Shown here: positions 9,942 to 18,888 of the stretch, piece after piece
Layout of the letters: the number at the start of each line of letters is the position of its first letter
Numbering within the stretch: the stretch's first letter is position 1
Origin: Candidatus Latescibacterota bacterium
Lineage (GTDB): Bacteria > Latescibacterota > UBA2968 > UBA8231
DNA length: 64,000 bases
Direction: 5' to 3'
NCBI GenBank assembly: GCA_965215195.1
Contig: CBDCDC010000002.1
Location: forward strand, 672,001-736,000
Program-made: the position numbers and the translations under genes
Notes under the pieces: model-generated
Told to the model about the DNA's origin: nothing
Database searches by the model: none
Seen by the model: only the letters and a program-made list of their open reading frames with translations

Positions 9942-10140
9942 TGGAAAGCCCCTTTATCGGGGCCTGAATACCGCATTATTCACCTCTTTTACTTGAGCAT
10001 CTATATTCAAAAAAAGATAGATAGGAGCGATACAACCCGCAAGGTAATATGTTGCAACGACGCTGCGGCCTTTACTTTTAAGCCTTTGGGCCGTAAAGCC
10101 ATACCGCGGAAGCCCAAGTCTTGTCGCGCCTTGGGAGTCA

Positions 10141-12231
10141 TCAGCGCGCCAAATCCACCACCCAATCCGCGGCCGCCCGCACCATCGGATGCCGGTCGGC
10201 AACCACGACCGTGGCCCCCCGATCCACCAGCCCCCGCAAGGCCGCAATCATCAAGCGCACGTCTTCCGGGTGATCGCCGCTGGCCGGGTCGTCGATCAGC
10301 ACCCAAGTGCGCTGAGAAGCCCGCGTCGATTCGAGCGCCAGCCGCAGCCGCAACCACTCCCCCCGCTCCAGCCCCTGCACTTCTTGCCCCAAAAGCAGAT
10401 AGCCGAGGCCGCAGCCGACTGCTGCCTCTAGGCGCGGGCGAATTGAGTCGTGCCGGGCAAAGTGGGTGCGAGCCTCTTCCAAGGTCATGCCCAACACATC
10501 GGCCATGCTCGCGCCGCGCAGGGTCACCTCGCAGATTTCGTCTCGGTATCTGCGGCCCGTGCAAGCGGCGCAAGCGAGGGCTATATCTTCTATAAACTCC
10601 AAATCGAAGTAGCATTGGCCGCGGCCTTCGCAGCTCGGACAGCGCCCCCCCGGCCGATCCAACAAGAACGCGTCCCGAGGCCAGCCACGCGCCGTTGCAA
10701 CGGGCGCTGCGGCGTACAAATCGGCGATGCGCTCGAAAAGACCTAGGCCTGCCAAAACCGTGGCCTTGCCGCGCGGAGCTTCTACCGTTGCAACTCGGCT
10801 GTTCCTCGGTGCGCCCGCAGCGGCGTACTCGACGGGCCGCCCCTTGAGCAGCGGTAGCAAGACCTCGTGCAGCAAGCGGGTTTTGCCGCTGCCGGAAGGC
10901 CCGCACACGCAGGTCAACTTCCCGTGCGGCAGCTCAATAGCAAGCGGCCCGACCACACCGCTCCCGCGCATGACCAACGCGGGCGTAGCTTGCGCGGCGA
11001 CTCGTTCCTCATCCGCTCCATTTAGCTCCATCTCGGTCGCCTCCCCCACTTGCGCCCGCCCCTCTGCAAACGCCCAGACCTCGTCCGCGACTGCCACGAG
11101 TTCAGGCGTGTGGTCCAACAACAGCGCGGTATTGCCGCCAGCGACCAGTCGGCGCAGACCCGCCGCGACCGCGTCCAACGGGCTGCCCAACCCCTCTAAA
11201 ATGTAGAGGATGCCCGTCAGGCCGCTGCTGAGACAGGACGCCAGTTGCAGGCGCTGCCACTCGCCCGCCGCCAGCGATTCGAGCCGGCGGCTCAACGGCA
11301 GGTGCTCCAGTCCCAAGCCGCAGGCTTCGGCGAGCGCGTCCTCTACTTTGGCGCGTCCATGATGAGCAGCGGCCAGCTCGCGCAACGAGCCAAGGGGAGC
11401 GTCCAATAGCTCGTCCATGGTGCGGCCGTGCAGAGTCATTTGACCCGCTAAGGACTGGTCCGCCTCAGCCAACGGCTCGTACTGGCGGCCGCATTCATTG
11501 CAGGTCGGCTGCTGGTTCAAGTGCATCATCTCGCTGGTCCCGTCCACCCAAACCACTGTCCGCCCCGCCGAAATAGAGCGGCTCACGCGCACGGCTTCTA
11601 AAAAGCGCACACTGGCGTTCGGGTCTGGCACCAAGCGATCCACCACGACGTGTACCTCGCTTTCGCTACTGGGCAATGCCGGCCCGGCACCTGCCAACCG
11701 CTGGATCTGGCCGTCGATAGCGACTCGCGTAAATCCGGCCTGCGCGAGCTGGTGCCACATGCCTGCGTTCCGCAGGGTCAAAGGGGCCAGCACCAAACAG
11801 CGGGAGCCTGGATAAACGCGGGCCACCGCGCGCTCCACCTCATCGGCCGCATAGCTGCGGCAGATTCCGCTGCATTCGCGGCAGTGCATCTGACCCTCTT
11901 CCAACATGATCTGCGCCAAAATCCCGTCTAGCTGCAAGTAGGACCCGACCGTGCCCCCGCGACGCGGTGCCCCCAAATAAATGGTCGGCGGCAAGCCCGA
12001 GATCTCATCTACATCAGCGCACACCGTCCCGCCAACGTTCTCGCGTTCAGCCGGAGACAGGGCCTGCATGTAGCGCCGACGGCTCTCGGCGTAGAGGATT
12101 TCTAAGGCCATGGCGCGGCGGCCGCTGCGGCTGCGGCCGGTAAAGCAAATGACCCGGCCCAGCGGCAAGTCCATATTGACGTTGGCGAGACCGCCCGCCC
12201 GGGCACCGCGCACACAGAGGGTGGCTTTCAA
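10141..12231 (-). CDS. Degenerate UvrA-like protein (excinuclease ABC subunit A paralogue)
   Basis: UvrA N-terminus (VRGAR...LYAESRRRYMQALS...DVDEISGLPP), zinc-finger cysteines and two ABC domains with altered catalytic motifs; only 696 aa. Confidence 0.85.
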   Translation of the reverse strand: MKATLCVRGARAGGLANVNMDLPLGRVICFTGRSRSGRRAMALEILYAESRRRYMQALSPAERENVGGTVCADVDEISGLPPTIYLGAPRRGGTVGSYLQLDGILAQIMLEEGQMHCRECSGICRSYAADEVERAVARVYPGSRCLVLAPLTLRNAGMWHQLAQAGFTRVAIDGQIQRLAGAGPALPSSESEVHVVVDRLVPDPNASVRFLEAVRVSRSISAGRTVVWVDGTSEMMHLNQQPTCNECGRQYEPLAEADQSLAGQMTLHGRTMDELLDAPLGSLRELAAAHHGRAKVEDALAEACGLGLEHLPLSRRLESLAAGEWQRLQLASCLSSGLTGILYILEGLGSPLDAVAAGLRRLVAGGNTALLLDHTPELVAVADEVWAFAEGRAQVGEATEMELNGADEERVAAQATPALVMRGSGVVGPLAIELPHGKLTCVCGPSGSGKTRLLHEVLLPLLKGRPVEYAAAGAPRNSRVATVEAPRGKATVLAGLGLFERIADLYAAAPVATARGWPRDAFLLDRPGGRCPSCEGRGQCYFDLEFIEDIALACAACTGRRYRDEICEVTLRGASMADVLGMTLEEARTHFARHDSIRPRLEAAVGCGLGYLLLGQEVQGLERGEWLRLRLALESTRASQRTWVLIDDPASGDHPEDVRLMIAALRGLVDRGATVVVADRHPMVRAAADWVVDLAR

Positions 12232-14135
12232 GGATGGGCCTGCGTCATGGAATCGATTTTCGCCTGCAAGCGCACGTCGTCGGGATTGTGTGCGTACAAA
12301 AACGCCCAGTGGGCTTCTGCTGCGCCGGGACGCCCCAAGCGCAAGAGCACTTCCCCGCGCCGGTAGTGCGCTTGGACGTGGTTGGAGTCGAGTTCGAGGG
12401 CCCGGGCAAAGGCATCCGCCGCGGCTTGGTCATTGCCCTGCTTGGCGTACACCAAGCCGAGGTTGAAATGCGCTCGGGCGTACTGCGGGTCAAGTGCAAG
12501 GGCCTGGGCAAAATGTTGCGCCGCCGCCGCCAGCTCTCCCAGCCGATAGTAGCACAGGCCGAGGTTGTTGTGCAGGCCGGGCGCGGGCCGAGCGCGGCTA
12601 AAGGCCGCAATCGCCGCCTCGTACTGGCCCGCGCCGAAGCGCTCTAACCCGCGTCTGATGTCCGAGTCGCCGCCTTCTTGTTGCGCCACTACGGCCGCTA
12701 GACCAGAGGCCGCGGGTGCAAAGGACGGGTCAATGCGCAGGGCCTCGCGGAACATGTTCTCGGCCGCCGCCCAATCCCCTCGGCGTTGGTACAGGGTGCC
12801 GAAATTGTAGTAATCGACCCGTTTGCGAGTCAGCCGCTCGGCCCCGGCGTCCCGGTAGTTGACCGGCAGCGCGACTAGGGCCACCAATAGGCACGACCCC
12901 AGCAGCCGGCCATGCGCCCCACCCGCCACCCAAGCCGCGGCGTTGGCCATCCAGCAAGCCGCGTAGAGCAAAATCACCGGCACGACGGGCAGGCGGTATT
13001 CCGAGGACGTGAAGAAAAGCAGGCACGCGGCCAGATAGCTCGCCAGATACAGGTCGAGCAGGGACGAGCGGCGACTGGTGGCCCAACCCGCGACCGCCAG
13101 CGGGGCCACCAGCCCCCACCCCAAAACGCACCAGCGCAACAGGGGCACCAAGTCCCGCGCCAAGTACAGACTCAGGTTGTTTTGCGCCTCGACTCCGTTC
13201 CAGAACATGTAGAGTTTGCGGCCTTGCAGCGCGAGGTACGCGAGGGGATTTTCCACGGCAAAGCGCAAGCCGGCCATGAGCCAAAATCTGGAGGCTTGGG
13301 CCGCAGTCAACTCCCGGCCGGTGCGCGCCTCGGCCTCGCGGATAAAGGCCTCGCGCTCCAAGTCCGGCTCGGCACTGGGCAGGAAATCGACCTGCGCGTA
13401 GATGCCGTTGGCCGCGGGGTGGTTGCCCACGTAGAAGTTCATCCCGGCTGAGGACGTGGTCAGCAGCCACTCGCCCCCGACGAGCAAGTTGCGCCAAGCC
13501 ACCGCACCCACCACGAGGCCGCAGCCCACGACCACCAACCCCCACTGCCGCCAACCACACCAGCCCGCGACCGCCGCGACAAACAGCAAGACCATGGGCC
13601 GCGCCGTAGCCGAAAGCCCCAACAGCAAGCCAGCACCCCACACCCCTTGCGCGTGCGCTAGGCAATACAGGGCCGCGAGATTCAGAAAGGTGATCGGCGC
13701 GGCGGTCAGCAGGGCCCCGTCGTAGAACACATACGGCTGATAGATCGCCGCCATGCCCGCGGCCAATAAGCCAATTCTTGCGCTCCATAATTTCCGGCCC
13801 AGCGCGTAGATCAAATAGCAACTACCCGTTCCCAGCGCGGCCTGCACCAAGCCAACCCACCAGTATTCAGCTCCCAACAGCGCGTAAATGGCGGCCAAAA
13901 AGTAGGAGTAAAACGGATTCATAAAAAAAGGCCGGTCGCCCAGCCAATCGCCCGCGACAATGGCCCGGGCGCGGCGATCGTAGAACTCGGAGTCGATCAG
14001 GAGCACGTCGAAGAGCGGCGTGTCAACCGCTTGGTAGAGATAGGCTAGGCGCACACCGAGAGCGGCGCTTAGGATTGCCCAGAGGATGGCTTCCTCGCGC
14101 TTCAGCCGCACCGCGCCGATACCTATGGTCGACAT
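12228..14135 (-). CDS. GT-C (PMT_2/GT39-like) membrane glycosyltransferase with C-terminal TPRs
   Basis: Many TM segments, DSEFYD loop, GMNFYVGN, RLP motif and C-terminal TPRs (HNNLG, AHFNLG). Confidence 0.8.
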   Translation of the reverse strand: MSTIGIGAVRLKREEAILWAILSAALGVRLAYLYQAVDTPLFDVLLIDSEFYDRRARAIVAGDWLGDRPFFMNPFYSYFLAAIYALLGAEYWWVGLVQAALGTGSCYLIYALGRKLWSARIGLLAAGMAAIYQPYVFYDGALLTAAPITFLNLAALYCLAHAQGVWGAGLLLGLSATARPMVLLFVAAVAGWCGWRQWGLVVVGCGLVVGAVAWRNLLVGGEWLLTTSSAGMNFYVGNHPAANGIYAQVDFLPSAEPDLEREAFIREAEARTGRELTAAQASRFWLMAGLRFAVENPLAYLALQGRKLYMFWNGVEAQNNLSLYLARDLVPLLRWCVLGWGLVAPLAVAGWATSRRSSLLDLYLASYLAACLLFFTSSEYRLPVVPVILLYAACWMANAAAWVAGGAHGRLLGSCLLVALVALPVNYRDAGAERLTRKRVDYYNFGTLYQRRGDWAAAENMFREALRIDPSFAPAASGLAAVVAQQEGGDSDIRRGLERFGAGQYEAAIAAFSRARPAPGLHNNLGLCYYRLGELAAAAQHFAQALALDPQYARAHFNLGLVYAKQGNDQAAADAFARALELDSNHVQAHYRRGEVLLRLGRPGAAEAHWAFLYAHNPDDVRLQAKIDSMTQAHP

Positions 14136-14148
14136 GCTCTAGGGCAAC

Positions 14149-16197
14149 TCACGGCTGCACAACCCAATAGTGAAACGAAACAATCGGCCGCAAATCGCCG
14201 CCAAAGTGGATCGGCTGGGTCTCGATCTCGACGCGGCCGCGCACATCCGCGGCCGGTATCTGGCCGACGGCCAGTTCGAGCCACTGGCGGCCCGGCCCGC
14301 CCGGCAGCTCCACAGCGGCGATCTGCTTTCCATTGGCTACCACTGCAAAGTGCTGGGCAATGCCCGTAACCGTGCGCATGATTACAGCCGCCGGTTGGCC
14401 GGCGTTTAGCGCCACCTCCATCCGCTCGCCCCCGGTTATCGTCCGGCCCCCGTCGATGTACGCGGCTTGGGGATCGTCGGTAGCGCTCAGCACCAGCAGC
14501 AAGTTTGCCTCCCCGCTGCCGGGGACCCACACCTTAGACTGATAGCCGTGCCGACGTTCGCTTTCCAAGTTGGCGACATCCACTTTATCGATCACCCGCC
14601 AGCCCTCCTCTAAGAGTGCCTCGTTGCGGATGGGCTCGCCGCTGAGATCAGCGGCCCAGTGGGCCTGATACAACACCTTCTCGGCATCTATAATCGACGG
14701 CTCAAAGACGCGGATGCGGTGCAGCGGCTGCAAGAAGAGGCCTTCGGGGAAATTGAACCAATTGGGGAAAATGGCGAAGTACTGGGGGCGCTGGTCCGGC
14801 CGCATGGCTTCCAGCCGCTCGAATAGCGACCCGCTCCCGTGCCGCCAAGGCTGGCTGTTCCCGGCCGTGGTCAACCCGACTAAGTCGATGGTGTGGCGGC
14901 GGCTGAAGTAGCGCAGAGCACCAGCGTCGTTGACGGCAATGCGCGCACCGGAAGGCAGCTCGGCGTCTATAAAGTGCGCCATCTCGACCTGCTGGTTGCG
15001 GATATCGCTGCAATTTTCCCCGTACGCAACCGCGAAAAACCCCACCGACATCAACCCCCACAAGCCGAAAAAGCAAGCCAATCCCCGCGCCAGCTTGCGG
15101 CCCCACGCCCCCCCGGCCGCGTCCAAGCGACCCAAGCCCAAGGCGACAAAGAGAATGTAGAGCGGCAAGAACGGCTGCTGGTAGCGGTTGAAGTGGGCGT
15201 CGTATTCGACGAGGGTACAGGTGATTAAAACGCCGCCGACAAACCACGCCCCGCCCAATGCCGCTGCCCCAAGCCGCCGCTCGGACAGCTCGCCCCAGAG
15301 CCGATAGCTTAGCTCGGCGCAAAAAAATAGCGCCACAAACGGGGCAAACACCACGCGGCGGTAGTTGCCGTCGTACGCATACAAATGGACGCTGGTCTGA
15401 TGCCCCAGCGACCCGGCGAGGATTCCTTTGACAAATTCGGCAAAGTCGAAAAAGACGGCGCGGATCTGCTCGGGCAACGAGCCGTGCGGTTCGGCAAAGC
15501 GCCATTTGGCCTCGACTCCAGACGCCCCGGCCTCTCCCGTACACCAAGCCAGCAGCAGGGCCTGGAGCGCGTACGCTCCCAAAGGCACTCCCCACGGCCA
15601 GTTCAATGCCCGGCGATAGGCGACTAGCGCCAGCAGCAGCAAGACCAAGGCGATCCCCTCGGGCCGCGCCAACGCCAGCACGGCCGCCGCCAGCGGAGCA
15701 AGCCGGTCGTCTGTTAGGTATAGATACAGGGTCAGCAAGATGGCGCAGGCAAAGAGGCCGATGGCCATGCCGCTGTAGTAGCCCCACAGCAGCGGGCCGC
15801 ACAACAAGAACATCAACGCGGCCACCCAGCCGCTGAACGGGCCGCCCAACCTGCGGCCCAGCAGCAGGAGCAGCCACGCGCTCAACCCGAGCCACCCAAC
15901 TCCCAACGCCAACGCGTACAGCGCAATCCCCATCCCCTCCAGCCCCAGCCAAAAGCCCGGCACCAGCAGCAAAGTGTACAGCAGACTAGTCGCGCCGGCC
16001 GTTGGCTCAGCGCCGGTATTGTATTCGAGGAAGTGCCCTTGCGCCGCTTGCCGCGCGTACTGGAAATAGATGAAGGAATCGTCCAGCGGCAGGGCCAAGC
16101 GGCCGCCGGTGTGGTAGAGCATGGAGGCCGCAAAGACCACAAGCCACAAAAGGGCCAAGCCCCCAAGGATGGCCCCCTCTCGTCGAATTGCGTTCAT
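14149..16197 (-). CDS. Polytopic membrane protein, GT-C glycosyltransferase-like
   Basis: LPLDDSFIYFQYA first-loop DD motif, GATS, ARPEG, RY, DAGA and IDLVGL. Confidence 0.7.
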   Translation of the reverse strand: MNAIRREGAILGGLALLWLVVFAASMLYHTGGRLALPLDDSFIYFQYARQAAQGHFLEYNTGAEPTAGATSLLYTLLLVPGFWLGLEGMGIALYALALGVGWLGLSAWLLLLLGRRLGGPFSGWVAALMFLLCGPLLWGYYSGMAIGLFACAILLTLYLYLTDDRLAPLAAAVLALARPEGIALVLLLLALVAYRRALNWPWGVPLGAYALQALLLAWCTGEAGASGVEAKWRFAEPHGSLPEQIRAVFFDFAEFVKGILAGSLGHQTSVHLYAYDGNYRRVVFAPFVALFFCAELSYRLWGELSERRLGAAALGGAWFVGGVLITCTLVEYDAHFNRYQQPFLPLYILFVALGLGRLDAAGGAWGRKLARGLACFFGLWGLMSVGFFAVAYGENCSDIRNQQVEMAHFIDAELPSGARIAVNDAGALRYFSRRHTIDLVGLTTAGNSQPWRHGSGSLFERLEAMRPDQRPQYFAIFPNWFNFPEGLFLQPLHRIRVFEPSIIDAEKVLYQAHWAADLSGEPIRNEALLEEGWRVIDKVDVANLESERRHGYQSKVWVPGSGEANLLLVLSATDDPQAAYIDGGRTITGGERMEVALNAGQPAAVIMRTVTGIAQHFAVVANGKQIAAVELPGGPGRQWLELAVGQIPAADVRGRVEIETQPIHFGGDLRPIVSFHYWVVQP

Positions 16198-16335
16198 TTA
16201 CAAGTGAAGTTGCAAAACTCTAAGTGCGTGGAGGATTATTGAGTGCTGCGTCCGAGCGACGCACTACCGATTATTGCGCAGCGCCGAATATAATATAGAT
16301 TGAACCCCATCACGACTCTAACCCATCGAAAGATC

Positions 16336-17151
16336 ATGCGCCCACTTTACTTTTTGCCCTTGTGGCTACTCGTCCCGGCCGCCCTTGGCGCGGCCCCTCC
16401 CTTTGACCACGGCTCCTTTGACCAAGTGCTGCAAGAATACGTGGATGACCAAGGCTTGGTCCGCTACGCCGCCCTAGCCGCAGACCGCGCCCAGCTCGAC
16501 GCCTATGTCGATAGCCTCGGCCACTACAGCCCCGCAAGTCATCCCGGCCGCTTCCCCACCCGCGAACACGAGCTGGCTTATTGGATCAATGCGTACAACG
16601 CCTTTGTCCTGCGCGGCGTCATCGACGCCTATCCCATCGCCAGCGTTAAGGACGCCTTTGTGTTCAGCGGCTTTTTTAACCGCCAGACCTTTGTCGCTGG
16701 AGGGCGCGAGATGACGCTGGATCACGTTGAAAACAAAATTATCCGACCAACCTACCAAGAGCCGAGGATCCACTTTGCGGTCAACTGCGCGGCCTTGAGC
16801 TGCCCGCAACTGGAAAACCGGGCCTTTACCGGCCCGGAGCTCGACGCCCGCTTGGAACGGGCGCTAACGCGCTTTGCCCAAGACCCCAACCACGTGCGCC
16901 TGCAAGGGACGCGGCTCTACCTGTCCAAAATTCTCGACTGGTACGGAGGAGATTTCTCGGCTTGGTTCCCGCCCGACCGCCCCAATCCCGACGACATGCC
17001 CACCATCGTCAACTACCTACGCCCGTACCTTCCCCCAGACCTAGCCGCCGGGCTGACCGAGGATGTAGCTGTCGAATACAACGACTACGACTGGGCGCTC
17101 AACGAGGACAAAGAAACGGGAAGCCCCCGTCCAGCGGCAGACTCCCCGTAA
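16336..17151 (+). CDS. DUF547 domain protein (exported)
   Basis: Signal peptide, AYWINAYNA, EPRIHFAVNCAALSCP, SKILDWY and YDWALN. Confidence 0.92.
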   Translation: MRPLYFLPLWLLVPAALGAAPPFDHGSFDQVLQEYVDDQGLVRYAALAADRAQLDAYVDSLGHYSPASHPGRFPTREHELAYWINAYNAFVLRGVIDAYPIASVKDAFVFSGFFNRQTFVAGGREMTLDHVENKIIRPTYQEPRIHFAVNCAALSCPQLENRAFTGPELDARLERALTRFAQDPNHVRLQGTRLYLSKILDWYGGDFSAWFPPDRPNPDDMPTIVNYLRPYLPPDLAAGLTEDVAVEYNDYDWALNEDKETGSPRPAADSP

Positions 17152-17175
17152 TCGACCTAACGCCGTTTTGGCGTC

Positions 17176-18018
17176 TTATGAGAAAAACGGATTGTGCGTC
17201 TTTTCTTCGCCGACGGTGGTCGCCGGCCCATGCCCAGGGAAGAGGACGGTTTCTTCGCCTAGCGCGAGTACCTTCTCGGCCACTGCTTGGCGCTGCATCC
17301 GGTAGTTAGCCACGCTGCGGGTGCCCCCGAGCGAACCCGCGAAAAGCGCGTCCCCGACAAAGGCCATTTCCTCGTGGACTAAGCTGATGCCGCCCGCAGT
17401 ATGCCCGGGCGTGGAGCGAACCTCAAAGCGCAATTTGCCGATGTGTACGACCTCACCTTCCTCTAGCTGGCCCGCGATTTGATCGGCCAAGCGGCCCATG
17501 AGGGCCAAGTCGCCGCTGTGGAGCCGCGCTGGCGCGGCCGTGGCGCGGCCAATCTCGGCGAGGGCACTGATGTGGTCTCGGTGGCCGTGCGTCAGCAAGA
17601 TCTGTTCAACCGCTAGCCCGGAGGCGGCCAAGCACTGGAGGATTTTATCCGCGTCGAACCCCGGGTCAATGACCGCAGCTTGGCCCGTTGCCGCACAGCC
17701 GACGATGTAGCCGTTCATCAGAAAACCGCTGCCGAGTACCATCATCTCCACCTGCGCCCCGGCCATTGAGCGCCCTGCCGGATTGCGCGGGAAAAACGCC
17801 TGCGCTGCGCTCGCCTGCAATTTGCCCGGGTGCAACCCGAGCGCCTCGGCCAGCCGCTCAATGGCGTCTACAGTCGGGACCAGTTCGCAGTCTTCGATCC
17901 TTGCGATATCCCCGGCAGCCATCCCCACCTGATCGGCCAGTGCTGCGACTGCAATTTCCTGCCCGCGTCGGGCCTTGGCGACGATGTCGCCGAACTCGTC
18001 CTCTAATTGCGCGTACAT
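17176..18018 (-). CDS. XRE-type HTH plus metallo-beta-lactamase-fold hydrolase
   Basis: N-terminal HTH; THGHRDH, TPGHT, GDALF and PGHGP motifs. Confidence 0.9.
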   Translation of the reverse strand: MYAQLEDEFGDIVAKARRGQEIAVAALADQVGMAAGDIARIEDCELVPTVDAIERLAEALGLHPGKLQASAAQAFFPRNPAGRSMAGAQVEMMVLGSGFLMNGYIVGCAATGQAAVIDPGFDADKILQCLAASGLAVEQILLTHGHRDHISALAEIGRATAAPARLHSGDLALMGRLADQIAGQLEEGEVVHIGKLRFEVRSTPGHTAGGISLVHEEMAFVGDALFAGSLGGTRSVANYRMQRQAVAEKVLALGEETVLFPGHGPATTVGEEKTHNPFFS

Positions 18019-18024
18019 GTTCCC

Positions 18025-18660
18025 TCAGTATTCAAGGCTTGAACTGGCTTGCAAGCTACCCAAGAACTCATCAAAGCTAACGGCCCATTGCTCAACGGTC
18101 TGGGCCGGTCCAGTCATCTTGAAAAACACCGTGCCCGAGCGGTGGACAGCAATGGCCCCAAGCATCCGGTAGCCGGCTTGGGGCTCGGCGTTCCCCATCC
18201 CCATTCCCCCGGAAAAGGTGCCGCTGACATCGACTCCGGTTATCTCGATATCCCCCACCTGCCGCGTCCAACGCCGCCCTTGGCCCGGCTGGCCATCCTC
18301 CTGTTTGAACTGGCCATACCAACGCTCAATGTTGGCCTCTACGCTTCCACCTTGCCCCGGGCCGAAGAAAAATATGCCCAGCGTCGCTTCTCCGGCCGGG
18401 CCGGGCAGGCCGTATTGGGCCACCCGCATGGAGCTGGACGGCTGCTGCGCCACCCAGCCCTTGGGGGCCACCGCGCTGAGAGGCCCTAGGGCTTGGCGGC
18501 CGCTCGCCTGACCCAAAGGGGGCGCTGGCGTCGCACTGCTGGGCGTTGTGGAGCGGGCGGTGAGTCCCCGCTCGGCCATGGCCGCGGCCGGCTCTTGGTC
18601 GCTGAAATTTTGGCTGCACCCGATGGCCCCAAAGATCCCAGCCAATATCCATTTAGTCAT
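18025..18660 (-). CDS. Hypothetical lipoprotein
   Basis: MTKWILAGIFGAIG-C lipobox; PKGW...SSMR, GGSVEANIERWYGQF and FFKMTGP. Confidence 0.75.
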   Translation of the reverse strand: MTKWILAGIFGAIGCSQNFSDQEPAAAMAERGLTARSTTPSSATPAPPLGQASGRQALGPLSAVAPKGWVAQQPSSSMRVAQYGLPGPAGEATLGIFFFGPGQGGSVEANIERWYGQFKQEDGQPGQGRRWTRQVGDIEITGVDVSGTFSGGMGMGNAEPQAGYRMLGAIAVHRSGTVFFKMTGPAQTVEQWAVSFDEFLGSLQASSSLEY

Positions 18661-18888
18661 GAGTTGCTCCACTTTAACCTCGTTGTTTAAGGGCTCCAGC
18701 ACTTTGTCGCGCTGGTAATCCAGAAGGTTTTCGTCCTCCTACTGCGAATTTAGAGCGCGAAAATAAGGCCGTTCTCGCACGGGCTGTCAACTTTCTTCCG
18801 GCGCACTTGCGCATGCAGGTTTTGGTTTGACAAACTGGCTCTGCATCGGTTAAGATAGCCGCCAACCTGTACCCGCCTCAACTAGCCC

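Noticed and set aside
10007-10906. Long Arg/Gly/Pro-rich alternative-frame ORFs here and elsewhere (12730-13821, 14702-15952, 30321-31328, 41778-42833, 52158-53234, 56070-57206)
   Set aside because: Shadow ORFs of high-GC coding regions that overlap well-supported genes and carry no motifs.
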